Of a stretch of 24,721 bases of DNA, positions 9,001 through 16,245 are shown in pieces; position 1 is the first letter of the stretch, and every line of letters starts with the position of its first letter. The notes under the pieces were generated by a model, which was not told the origin of the DNA, did not search any database, and saw nothing but the letters and a program-made list of their open reading frames with translations. This DNA is from a virus. Its lineage: Duplodnaviria > Caudoviricetes. The position numbers and the translations under genes were made by a program. Location: positions 1-24,721 of IMG/VR virus record IMGVR_UViG_3300021364_001347; one strand, 5' to 3'.

Positions 9001-11446
9001 TACCTTGTGCTACTGGATGATAGTTTTCAACAATACTGTTTACATGTTTGTTTACTTCGCCGAGTGTGAATGTTGTAATATTTTCATTTTGCGGATTGCT
9101 TTCCAAGTTTTTTGGAATTTCATAATATCCATTAATATTTTTATTTGCTGAACTATAGCATTTTAAAACAACAATGCTTTCGCTGTCTAGGTTGTTAAAA
9201 AATCTTACCTGTTTGTAGTTTGCTGTATTATCTAATGTATAATCAACACCTTCGATCTTCTTTTTGTTATTAACAAAAACTCTAACTACTAGATCATCAA
9301 GTAAATGACTGTTGTCAAAAACATCTACAGGAAAATTATTTAATTGTCCATTATATTGTCTAATAACAGGTTGTCTTGATTTAAAATATGTTTGTTCCCA
9401 AACGCTTTTCCATTTATAACTGCCGTCTTGATTAAAGATTTTAAAGAAACCGCTTGAAGTATTTTTTTCTACAATATTTTGAACACTGTCTTGATAGGTA
9501 AATTTATCAGTGTGGTAATTAAAATCAAAAACAATGTCTCCAAAATTGTTAATACTTTCGTATTTTAATGGAAATCCAAGTTCTACATCGTTTGTACCGC
9601 TACCTTGTGCATAAGAAAATAACTTTGTACCGGTAAAACTAGTACCTTCATACTGTTTGCTATCGCCATAGCTGTACGCATTTGAATCAAACAAATCAAA
9701 ATGAGGTTGTTGATTTACAGATGTCTTTTCTTGTGCGGCATTCCATTTGTTGTTTTCATAATGGAACATTTTTCCAGCATTAACATCACCTAAAGTAATT
9801 AAAACAGTATCGCCTTCGTTTGGATTAGTATCCAATTCTTCAACCAAGGTAATTTGTCTATTTTTGGTTGCACCTGTACCAAAATTAATAAATTTTACTT
9901 TATAAATTTTTCCTGCAACAAGTATGTCTTTGTCAGCTGTGAACAATAATCTCATGCCATCTGTGACTTCAACACCATCAATGATATATCCGCCTTTGCC
10001 TTCAATTGTGCTGAAAACATCAGTTGTAAACGTATCAACTAGATCAACATTTTCTTTTGCAACAGCACCATGGTTATACAATTTTAAACCAGATGTATAT
10101 TCAATGATTGGGCGTTTGGCTCTAGCTTCTTCGTCTATTTCTACAGGCAATCCTGCTTGGTTATAACTTTCTACAATAACATCTCTATGGAACCACCTGT
10201 TATATCGTGACCATGGATTTTTATCTGGACTACCTCTGTTAATTGTGATATAATCTTTTTGTGCCACAAATGCAGCGGCGTCTTCATAAGGATACTCGTC
10301 AAATCCAAATTCTTCGCCATCAAATGGAACATTTTTAACTGTTGAAAAAGGCACTGGAATTTCTAATTCAGTTTCTGGTATTAATCTAATAGATGAACCA
10401 ACACCTTCAACAAAATAGTTTCCTGTTGCATACTTTTCTGGAGTCACGTCACCTACAAAATAAATGCGCTGTCCGTTGGATAAATTACCGCCAATCGGCG
10501 ATGAATAAGATTTTTTGCCTATGATTTCATCTTCAACATCGATTTGCGAATTTTCGTTTATGTTATAAAAATTAAGCAATCCATTCATATTTGCATTATT
10601 TTTACTTGCATAATATAACAGTGCTGGAACTGAATCATCTGGAGTAAATTCGATACGACCATTTTCAATCCATACATCGTCTGTCTCAATGTATGCACCG
10701 TCTTCGTTTCGTTTGTATCTTTTGATGTTTGTGTTGTAAATGGTACTAATGTTTTCTGCATCAACCTCTAGCAAAGGATCGTTGTCTTGATATGCAATAT
10801 TTGTGACAAAAGAAATAGGCTCGCCTGGTGTGTTAATATCAAATTTGTAAGTTTGTCCTTTGTACAATTTCAAAGTTGGATTCTTTGTTATTCCATCAGG
10901 AGAGAAGATATAACTCTGTACTTGATCATCTTGTCCTAGTTCAACATTATATACACTAGTAATACCTCGCTGATTACCACTTACTGCAACAGGTATCGGA
11001 CCAAGCGGTAGCCAATAATATTCTCTAAAGTTAGTAAACTTGTCAAAATCCACATGTGGATTCCAACTATAACTTGTTTGAGAATTTAAAACACTGTGAT
11101 TACTTACACTGCCTTTATATGATTTAATAACTCCTAATAAATCTGTATATGAAGCATAAAAATTTACATTACCTAAATCGTCTTTACTTACAATACTTGA
11201 TTCAAACTGATAGTTTTCTCTATCGGTAGATACATCAGGTAAAAAAGTATCTGTGACTTTTGTTGTAGGAGAATTTCTTCTACCTACATATGCATCTAAC
11301 TTTTCTATTACCCCTTCAGAAATCATTGCATCAACAGTTGACTGAATAAATTTACTGTTAGTATCTGATCTAAAATATCTAGGTAATAAACTTTTAGCTG
11401 ATCTGTCTGAATCACCAGTTGGCAATGGGTAATCAATACTTTCCAT
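1..11446 (-). CDS. Giant baseplate wedge / fibre-docking structural protein (T4 gp7-like position), at least 3815 aa, 3' end outside the window
   Basis: ATG at 11446-11444 overlaps the gp6 stop (TAATG). It begins MESIDYPLPTGDSDRSAKSLLPRYFRSDTNSKFIQSTVD. Spot translations along its length read as protein, and the frame at the left edge matches the start frame (EIVVDGDGFFTETNSKGP). The track shows no long minus-strand ORF here, consistent with no stop inside the window. It contains FG-GAP-like blades, CBM5/12-like motifs, GxGY/F beta repeats and aromatic-Asp triplets, and lies directly after gp6. Confidence 0.88.
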   Translation of the reverse strand, partial: MESIDYPLPTGDSDRSAKSLLPRYFRSDTNSKFIQSTVDAMISEGVIEKLDAYVGRRNSPTTKVTDTFLPDVSTDRENYQFESSIVSKDDLGNVNFYASYTDLLGVIKSYKGSVSNHSVLNSQTSYSWNPHVDFDKFTNFREYYWLPLGPIPVAVSGNQRGITSVYNVELGQDDQVQSYIFSPDGITKNPTLKLYKGQTYKFDINTPGEPISFVTNIAYQDNDPLLEVDAENISTIYNTNIKRYKRNEDGAYIETDDVWIENGRIEFTPDDSVPALLYYASKNNANMNGLLNFYNINENSQIDVEDEIIGKKSYSSPIGGNLSNGQRIYFVGDVTPEKYATGNYFVEGVGSSIRLIPETELEIPVPFSTVKNVPFDGEEFGFDEYPYEDAAAFVAQKDYITINRGSPDKNPWSRYNRWFHRDVIVESYNQAGLPVEIDEEARAKRPIIEYTSGLKLYNHGAVAKENVDLVDTFTTDVFSTIEGKGGYIIDGVEVTDGMRLLFTADKDILVAGKIYKVKFINFGTGATKNRQITLVEELDTNPNEGDTVLITLGDVNAGKMFHYENNKWNAAQEKTSVNQQPHFDLFDSNAYSYGDSKQYEGTSFTGTKLFSYAQGSGTNDVELGFPLKYESINNFGDIVFDFNYHTDKFTYQDSVQNIVEKNTSSGFFKIFNQDGSYKWKSVWEQTYFKSRQPVIRQYNGQLNNFPVDVFDNSHLLDDLVVRVFVNNKKKIEGVDYTLDNTANYKQVRFFNNLDSESIVVLKCYSSANKNINGYYEIPKNLESNPQNENITTFTLGEVNKHVNSIVENYHPVAQGSIPGNTNLRDLENIAQYGTQFMKHSGPVNLAAYHLVDKNANIIKSIQFAMKEYSRFKNSFLYQANQTGFHGDVKKHVDLIMNTLNKDKTSSMPFFATDMVPMNATTETVHEIEYNETAYLPTSFTNYDLQTLSNKAVLVYVDDEQKYQGVDYDFENGFIKYYNPTVGQDIVVYEYENTNGCYVPPTPTKLGLYPLYKPEFQTITGATGKVNVIVGHDGSYTTRFDDYRDELLLDLEKRIYNNIKTSYNAEYLDIHNFIGGFNRNTGVSRETIDGLILEDFSSWLSTAGNPNYTENTNWSGENSFTFNYRNMSDTNGKRLPGGWRAIFKQFYDTDRPHTHPWEMLGFSIEPSWWQDVYGPAPYTLSNTVLWQDLRDGFVKEPGKSVKTLEKYKRPNLLSIIPTDDNGNLRSPLDSGIAQGFYLPSTSEPFVYGDQGPTESAFRNSSDYRFAILKAWIVSKPCEVFGLGFDRSRIIKDMAGNFVYSETGQAITTKDLIFPTITGEDSKQHLTAGLVNYISNYVKWAVSSSYDAYKEDLQKLDNQLSIKLAGFAEKNKLKLLLDSRSPLNKTSVFVPEENYQIFLNTSSVQEVATLSGILITVSESGYIVQGYDSQNPSFTIYPYIETQSDAAVNVGGISEKFLNWSESNTYTIGTVVKYNNEFYRAKVSHVSSNEFENQNFTKLAELPVQGGKTGIIRRRFDKTPISVPYGQIYKTEQDVVDFLLGYEAYLKDQGWNFENINPESGQVEDMLLLLKEFLFFTTQNWDNDTVLAISPAANKVIFSKKNFTIDNVYDNFYDVAILDGNGNAIDSSLTNIFRDKDTRFTINPIGTPEGIYLIKLPLVQKEHVVLIDNQTVFSDTIFDKAAGFRQERIKLVGYRTDNWSGSLSIPGFFYDEAKIVDWQENTDYRIGDVVKYKEFYYSAFGNHSSKQTFDNTKWRRLSEKPVSEIYPNWDYKVNQFADFYDLDTDNFDTEQQRLAQHLIGYQKRQYLENIINDSVSQYKFYQGFIQEKGTNNAITKLFDALGSANKDSVELYEEWAIRAGQYGSIDNIQEIEYKIDESKYRIEPQLFELNNNITIGRTDLVYEIAKNQVFKSPEEYDHTLTSVVSNTDTYTKNSGYVRSEDVEYIVTSKDSIVNIDIDNLEIGKHIWVTTDKQSWTVLKHSQSDLEILGFTNLTLPSSNSGVKINCDRQVEDIAVGDIVGIFSSIPNFKGFYKVTDVLGSDITFDLGSSEIEINFEDPDDSFSAVGGASLSRFVERRFADFETLNLNIQDIQKDAADRLWVDDNGQGIFSVYENNSVISLQQEYANLDSQLTRVAESYDVNFGNTTFVKGDSTDTSATRVGKVSLLTRNAESFQFSAGAFFEPGDEADINSGYGSSVAISPDSKWIVVGAPLADNFISQFKGTYDPTEAYDQKDIVVDRGTLWRAKKAVSNWHDSYSDSSTISDSDSNDWEAVYRIEHTGLGTPSGLTNQGIVHIYEFDDSTREYILHTVMCSPDPNAEEQFGHQVELRKTNNGTHQLYVSAPGIDIGRVYFFEFDEEWKWTRNRNYKGVFDVNEKYRENDIVFYRGALYQALVERIPLTTPVTDKLPTDTNSWIAVQDIEHTGYIPNRYQELDGDLDTGESNFGIKFDVNDQGDKIVVESEVSGVRTLSVYNKPANRWKYIQEIQADTTKRESWGVDFAINDDGDRIAVAAPYNDDISNDAGTVYVYTQQSSDLYTLTQNVRSPYTDKNEAFGSAVDFSGNKLAICGKNSDLIEVTGFDNYQLKLDNGNTEISRTIKDTGRIVVFQLINNTYVYGEDIEYKRNTSNHILDDFKFNQNHLYLNMPTITPLTADNPATDNSKYVNSTLQGLLADFSFIKGKDSWTVLTSQQSKPKIDELQQVFLYSDDKKDIIQRLDVIDPRQGKIAGPAEQEITFKTWYDPAVYSFSTGEQDVVVDANSNWTDKYVGKLWWDISQASWFDPYQGNSNYRAGVFHKLLPNAQIQVCEWVASDLLPSEWDELAGTGEGYSRGVTGTTLYGSEVFSSKQVYDTVRKTFITKYFYWVRNTQIIPNVPGRVLSCESVTNLITDPASTGYRFISLLENNKFAMYNIASLIEGQNTILHFRKEKDVDLNVPVHYEYNLLTEGLDVSMPSKDIEQKWIDSLIGYDNVGNPVPDENLQVSKKYGLLNIPRQSMFVNRIEAVKQFVDRVNSVFLQNIIVDNYNISKLLLVDPAPLLTAGKHDVAVDTVNDLQFVGTAKKTQAVLTPVIVDGKITDVIITNPGNGYKVAPEIEFDDVTGKNAELKATINSNGQITSVQVKEQGFDYSSNTILKVREFSVLVNADETIGGRWSIYVYNSASREWNRTDNQSFDTTKYWNYADYYASGYSVNTIINQTIESSYELFGLDNNIGDIVKIKNIGTGGWLLLEKTNDQDTEDYTINYKTVGRQNGTIQLSSLIYNYSTETTGYDAGVYDIAFYDREPVNELRNIVNAIKTDIFVGELAVEYNKLFFASVRYALSEQENVDWVFKSSFLRAKHNVGELEQKVAYQNDNLENYQDYINEVKPYKTSVREYISAYEKIEPTNSLISDFDLPPSYIGGKITPSVAKFSNNEVSDLWQKYFTYPYKNWVDNNTYEIVSIEVLDGGSGFNDTPNVTISGDSGATARAYVAKGKVKSIEILKKGNRVLSAPTVSVSGNQDPDGDPVKASVIIGNPLVRSTHMTVKFDRVSGKQYFETIDQTENFLGTGAKQKFTLLWPMNVKTDTFSVTVNGVEMLKSDYQVGNELDTTKGYDRYFGYINFIEDPAIDAVIVVNYKKATSLLNAADRVLYEYNPTTGMPGKELSQVMQGVEYEGALYDSFDFGNEQGFGAGGFSDLPWDTFDNTFSDEVIKLDGSTSTITLSKALENGVNYNIYLNGVRLDDPAYDGSTATANKNAVMATIVGDGEQTEIDIQGIFTTTDGDEVIIRKEESDGSLAPVSTNFDTSLSGGALDKTTATGIPSGEIVVDGDGFFTETNSKGP

Positions 11447-14400
11447 TAGTAAGTACTTCCTCCGCTGTTAGAACTACTAGGAGTAGTGACAATTGTTTCT
11501 GCTGCGCTAGAAACTGATTGACTTGCATCATTAATAGACGTCACAATTGCGCCACTGGCTCTTAAACGTTCTGCTGTAATTGCTGTAATTATTTCAACAT
11601 TATCTACTGTTGCACCGCTTATAAAAATTTCATCATTTTCAGACTTGACTTCAAATAAACTTCCAAACGAATCTGTTGCACTGTTTGGTACTAAAACGAT
11701 ACTATTCAAATCTGGTGCTAAAGACTTCATAATATATGCACTCAATTCACTCCAATAAAATGTTTCACCAAAGTTCCAATTTTCTAGTGCAAAAAATTCT
11801 TCAATTGCTTCAATGATTTTACTTTTTACATCTTGATCATTTACAACTCTATCTGTATTTTTTACTACTTTTAAAGTTGCTTGCAAATTTGGGTTTGCTT
11901 TTGATCCAAACAATACTTTAAATTTAACCGGATGATAAACAATTTCATCACTAATGCTTTTGATTTTGTTAATTTCACCGCCGTATGCTCTAAATAACTG
12001 ATCGCTACTTAACGGCAACGGTTCTGAATCAACTGCTCCAGCTAGATATTGTCTATAGCTTGTATCATACTGTTTTGTTAACAAATATGTATCCATAATA
12101 TTGCTACTACTTGGGTCAATTCTGTTATTTTCGTCGCTTGCATGTAGATATTGGAATTTAAGACCTGCTCGACCTAAATAGCCTTTGTAATTAAAAATTA
12201 ATTCTCGTGTTCTTGCTGTGCTGTTAATTTTATAAAAAACATTTGTAGAAGAAACATAAAAAATAGGATCACCTGGTGTAGTGACCGTAGCTTCTACTTC
12301 ACTTGTGACTACTTTAATATTTTCTGCGTCTGCATCTACATAATAATAAAACTCATTATCGTTTGTAGATTTTTTTACAAAAACATATGCTGATTGTGAC
12401 GAATCGTTGTTAGCAGTAATATCTTCAAATATTTGCGGATTATCAACTACACCGTCGTCGTCGTTATCAAAAAATACAACTTCGACCTTTTTACTGTTTA
12501 CATATCCTATGCCATCTCTATATTCAGCACTTACAGCCCAGTCATAGTCAACTGTAAAAGGTGTTAATTGACCTGTACTGTTTAGATTTTTGTTGATATT
12601 TAAAACACTAATTTTATCTCTTACAATATCGCCTGTTCTACTATCGTAAATCTTTTTAGTAGAATCATAAAAGAATCTAACTTCTTTGTCACTTTCAAAA
12701 ACATAACGCAGTGTTCTAGATGTGATTGTGTATTCAACACCGTTTGTTTCAAATAATACAAGCCAACTTCTATCTAAATTTTGCTGTGTGATATCACCAG
12801 TTAAACCACTGCTCCATTCCTGTGTTGTGTTTACATTTTCTTGTGTCACAACTGCCCAACGTCTTGCATTTGTATCATATCTCAGCGCAATAGTTCTATA
12901 AGCAAATATCTGGTCAACTAAAACACTTTTTACATCATCTACCAAGTCTCTAACAAACTTTGGTTTAATTCTATCTAAAACAGCGCCTGTAGGAATAATA
13001 TCATTAAATGTAATACCACCAAGACCCGATTCCGATAGTTCATTGCCGCCGTTATTCACAGCAACTACTTTTACCCATTTGTAATCACTGGATCCAGCAT
13101 GATCTGCTGCTCCTGCCATCAAGGTGCCATCTGGCATAAAATGCTGTCCTGATGGTGCTACAAATTTTACCAATGCACCTGGTTCTAAGTATCTAAACAC
13201 ACCCTCAGTAAAACTAGAAACTGTGTATTTGAAAGCAGATGTATCAAAGGCATTGCTGCTATCAACAATAAAGCCAGTGCTTCTGTTTGTATCTTTAGTT
13301 GTTTGCTGCCAAACTACATTTAAATCGCTATATTCTTGATCTGTAAATTTATCGTAATAATAATTTCTTAAGTTTGCATCTTCTAGTAAATTAGAAACAG
13401 TATTGTTAATAACCCCTTCAATATCAGTTTTTGTTATAAAACTAAAATTTGTTTTTTCTGTTTGATAATCTTTGTAAATAACACCATCTGTTCCAAACAT
13501 ATTTGTAGTGCTGTATTTTCCTGTGCTGTCTCTTAAATCGTAATACCTGTTGATACCACTACTTGTTCTATTAATTGCTTTTGCTTTGATAATATCTTGA
13601 CTTACACCCAATGGACCTAAGTTATAGTCTTCTCCTGTGATAAGTCTGTTTTGTGTATAATATGTGCTAGGTGCATTATCACGAATACTGTCTGTGGATT
13701 CTGTGCTTGCGCCGTTTGTGACTGCTTGCTTTAAACTACAAACAATAGACAAAGTTTCATTACGACCGATATTTGAAGTATAAGGTATGCTAACTTTAAT
13801 ATTTTGAATGTTATTGGCAAAAATAGTGTAGTCTAAATTTGCACTTGTTCGATAGTAAGCCCTAAAATCACCTTTAGGTAAATTACCAAAAACACCGTCA
13901 CTAAAAATTAAACTAATTCTATCATTTGTTCTAGTAAGAACACTGAAAATATCTTTGATATTTTTTGCAACACTGTTATAAATTACATTGTTGCCTTCTA
14001 CAGCATCTACCTTTGTCCAAGGTGTTTCTTCAACTCCTTGTGCATTCAAACTATATAACCATACGTCAGTGTTGTTAACGTTTGTTGCGTCTATTTCTAC
14101 ATTTTGATTAGGTGTAGGTAAACTTACAGAAAAGTCTCCTCTTTGTAATGTTCCTTGTCTAAAATGTAAGAAAAATCCGGTGTTTGAGCTGCCAGCGCCT
14201 TGTCCGTTGTCTCTGTATAGTAAACTAAATTTGTTTCCTGTTAATGGTGCTTCTTCAATTATTTCGCCATCGTCGATATCTGCGCCAACAACTTCAAAAT
14301 CTAAATTTGTACCATTGATAACTTTGTTAAAACTAAAAATAGGAAATGCAGATTGTAAATTGTTAAGTTTGTATTTTTCTGTTGGAATACCGTTTACAAT

Positions 14401-14931
14401 ATCAGACTTACGAGGAGAGCCAAACTGATTTTGATTAAGCATTGCAGCATTCATAATTTTAATAAATTGTTCATACCAATTACTATTTGTTTGATCATTC
14501 CATTTTACAGACTTGCCGGAAATGTTGGATCCTGTTGTATCAACGATATTTTCTGTTGTTGTCACACTGTCTATTTTAAGCAATCCGTTTGCTGCTTGAT
14601 TCCTTGTGACATTATAACTGATAAGTCTTGCTAGTCTTAAAACACTTTCTCTGCGCTCTGCTAATTCAATAAAATTTTCTCTAGCATTTAGATCAACCCT
14701 AAAACTAATATTTTGGCCAAGGAACGCAATTAGGTCAATCAAAGATAGGTATTCAGAACTTTCAATATAATCGTTAAAATCTTCTGGATAATTTTGTCTG
14801 ATGTAATTGATCATTGTTCTACGCAGATTGTCAAAATCATAACTTTTGAAGTCTGCATATTTGAAACTTTGATAAATTTTTTGCCAATCTTCGGCTAATA
14901 ATAGTCGGTTTTGCCTATCTGTAGATGACAT
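11446..14931 (-). CDS. gp6: Baseplate wedge subunit, T4 gp6 / baseplate J-like (1161 aa)
   Basis: gp6-type N-terminus DFDNLRRTMINYIRQNYPEDFNDYIESSE..LIDLIAF...ENFIELAERRESVLRLARLISY, plus FSDGVFGNLP and GASTESTDSIRDNAP..YYTQNRLITGEDY motifs. RBS AAGGAA at 14943-14938. Follows gp25. Confidence 0.9.
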   Translation of the reverse strand: MSSTDRQNRLLLAEDWQKIYQSFKYADFKSYDFDNLRRTMINYIRQNYPEDFNDYIESSEYLSLIDLIAFLGQNISFRVDLNARENFIELAERRESVLRLARLISYNVTRNQAANGLLKIDSVTTTENIVDTTGSNISGKSVKWNDQTNSNWYEQFIKIMNAAMLNQNQFGSPRKSDIVNGIPTEKYKLNNLQSAFPIFSFNKVINGTNLDFEVVGADIDDGEIIEEAPLTGNKFSLLYRDNGQGAGSSNTGFFLHFRQGTLQRGDFSVSLPTPNQNVEIDATNVNNTDVWLYSLNAQGVEETPWTKVDAVEGNNVIYNSVAKNIKDIFSVLTRTNDRISLIFSDGVFGNLPKGDFRAYYRTSANLDYTIFANNIQNIKVSIPYTSNIGRNETLSIVCSLKQAVTNGASTESTDSIRDNAPSTYYTQNRLITGEDYNLGPLGVSQDIIKAKAINRTSSGINRYYDLRDSTGKYSTTNMFGTDGVIYKDYQTEKTNFSFITKTDIEGVINNTVSNLLEDANLRNYYYDKFTDQEYSDLNVVWQQTTKDTNRSTGFIVDSSNAFDTSAFKYTVSSFTEGVFRYLEPGALVKFVAPSGQHFMPDGTLMAGAADHAGSSDYKWVKVVAVNNGGNELSESGLGGITFNDIIPTGAVLDRIKPKFVRDLVDDVKSVLVDQIFAYRTIALRYDTNARRWAVVTQENVNTTQEWSSGLTGDITQQNLDRSWLVLFETNGVEYTITSRTLRYVFESDKEVRFFYDSTKKIYDSRTGDIVRDKISVLNINKNLNSTGQLTPFTVDYDWAVSAEYRDGIGYVNSKKVEVVFFDNDDDGVVDNPQIFEDITANNDSSQSAYVFVKKSTNDNEFYYYVDADAENIKVVTSEVEATVTTPGDPIFYVSSTNVFYKINSTARTRELIFNYKGYLGRAGLKFQYLHASDENNRIDPSSSNIMDTYLLTKQYDTSYRQYLAGAVDSEPLPLSSDQLFRAYGGEINKIKSISDEIVYHPVKFKVLFGSKANPNLQATLKVVKNTDRVVNDQDVKSKIIEAIEEFFALENWNFGETFYWSELSAYIMKSLAPDLNSIVLVPNSATDSFGSLFEVKSENDEIFISGATVDNVEIITAITAERLRASGAIVTSINDASQSVSSAAETIVTTPSSSNSGGSTY

Positions 14932-14954
14932 GTCTTTTTCCTTAGCTAATGTAA

Positions 14955-14980
14955 TATTTATGAGATTTATAAACTGCGTA
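14955..14980 (-). promoter_or_regulatory. Putative T4-type late promoter for gp6/gp7, with upstream TACGCAG box
   Basis: Minus strand reads TACGCAG-tttataaatctca-TAAATA. CATAAATA is a 7/8 match to the T4 late consensus TATAAATA. It lies in the 57-bp intergenic gap, upstream of an RBS. Confidence 0.7.
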
Positions 14981-14988
14981 CATTAAAA

Positions 14989-15429
14989 CTAAAGTTGATT
15001 TTCATTATCAAAACGCAGTGTTAAGCGTTCACTGATATTGTAGTCTAAATAGGTTAAATCTGCATATACTTCTATACCCGATTCGTACGCATCTACAATG
15101 ATATTTTCTGCTTGCACTCTTGGATCGTAATTAAGTATTTGTGTCACATTATCTAACACTGCACGTTTTACTGGTTCAGTGAGTGGTTCAAATAAAACAT
15201 CCCAAATTATACAACCAAATCTTGGATTTTCTAAACGTTCACCTATTCGAATATGAAAGTGATTCAATATATCTTGTTTAATTAAATCTAAATTGCGTAG
15301 TTGAAATGTTTTTTCGTTAGCAGAAACTGTGCTAAGTCCTTTATAACTTTTGTCAACCAAAACATTATTACTAGACTTAGGTGTTTTAATTTTTAAATTC
15401 TTATACAGATTCTTTTCTAACGTGCTCAT
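14989..15429 (-). CDS. gp25: Baseplate wedge / sheath initiator, T4 gp25 (GPW_gp25 family)
   Basis: 146 aa with DLIKQDILNHFHIRIGERLENPRFGCIIWDVLFEP...ILNYDPRV, the gp25-family GER..P.FG and PRV motifs. Lies directly upstream of gp6. Confidence 0.92.
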   Translation of the reverse strand: MSTLEKNLYKNLKIKTPKSSNNVLVDKSYKGLSTVSANEKTFQLRNLDLIKQDILNHFHIRIGERLENPRFGCIIWDVLFEPLTEPVKRAVLDNVTQILNYDPRVQAENIIVDAYESGIEVYADLTYLDYNISERLTLRFDNENQL

Positions 15430-15432
15430 AAT

Positions 15433-15440
15433 GTATTTAA
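15433..15440 (-). promoter_or_regulatory. Putative late promoter TTAAATAC immediately before the gp25 ATG (possibly leaderless)
   Basis: Minus strand reads TAG-GT-TAAATA-CATT-ATG. The 12-bp gap contains no Shine-Dalgarno sequence. Confidence 0.55.
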
Positions 15441-15441
15441 C

Positions 15442-16245
15442 CTATCTTGTGCTTGTTTCGTACACACCAGTATCACTAGACGGTGGCCCGCTTGTATTTT
15501 GTTCTGGCTGTATTGTTATTAGAGGTATATCAAACCCAGCTGGAATTTCCCAATTTCTTCTAATTTGATTTAAGTATAATCCTGTGGTTTCTCTATTTAC
15601 AATTTTAAAATTTGATAATGGATTTTTACCATTGCTTTGATTGCCTCCAAACATTCTAATTTTGTTTGCAGCAGGATCAATACTATGCACAAACCCAACA
15701 TGTCCATAACGTGATTCTTCTTTACGTGTCAGTACAACCAAATCGTATTTTCTAATTTTTGTAAAATCTCGCCAATCTACTGATTTTCCATATCGTAAAT
15801 AACTTTGGCTACCCATACCAGGAACAATGTGTTCTAATCCACATTTCCATAATACCCAGGTCACAAATGCTGCACACCATGGATTTGTTTTTGGTCCATC
15901 AACTTGCATTCTGCCGCCGCCTGAAACTTCCCATGCTTCAGCAATATTTGGATTAGGAGGATTTCCTCTTTCTCTCCAATCTTGGTTAGGAAATGCTTCT
16001 AATATTTGCGATAAACTTGCATATGGCGTGCCAGCAGGTGGTGGATTTTCTGGAGGTTTTACAGGCTGATAATTGCCGCCAATATTAGGATCAAAATCTC
16101 CTACTCCTGTAAGAGCATCTGGTGCTTGAAATACACTACGTTGTGTATTATCATCAAAAGGTAGAAAATACCTGTCAATTTCGCCAGCTTCTAGTGCTCT
16201 AGACGGAGACGGAACTGGATTGCCTGGTACAACTATTTGACACAT
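15442..16245 (-). CDS. Cys-His peptidoglycan amidase/endopeptidase (TIGR02594-like, NlpC/P60-CHAP clan) with Pro-rich N-terminal tether
   Basis: NPNI...PWCAAFVTWVL (C124), DLVVLTR...GHVGFV (H182) and FGGNQSN. Its ATG overlaps the spike stop codon (TAATG). Confidence 0.82.
   Translation of the reverse strand: MCQIVVPGNPVPSPSRALEAGEIDRYFLPFDDNTQRSVFQAPDALTGVGDFDPNIGGNYQPVKPPENPPPAGTPYASLSQILEAFPNQDWRERGNPPNPNIAEAWEVSGGGRMQVDGPKTNPWCAAFVTWVLWKCGLEHIVPGMGSQSYLRYGKSVDWRDFTKIRKYDLVVLTRKEESRYGHVGFVHSIDPAANKIRMFGGNQSNGKNPLSNFKIVNRETTGLYLNQIRRNWEIPAGFDIPLITIQPEQNTSGPPSSDTGVYETSTR

Noticed and set aside
14989-15429. gp25 as a lysozyme
   Set aside because: That is a legacy annotation; gp25-family proteins are structural sheath initiators, and no catalytic motif is evident.
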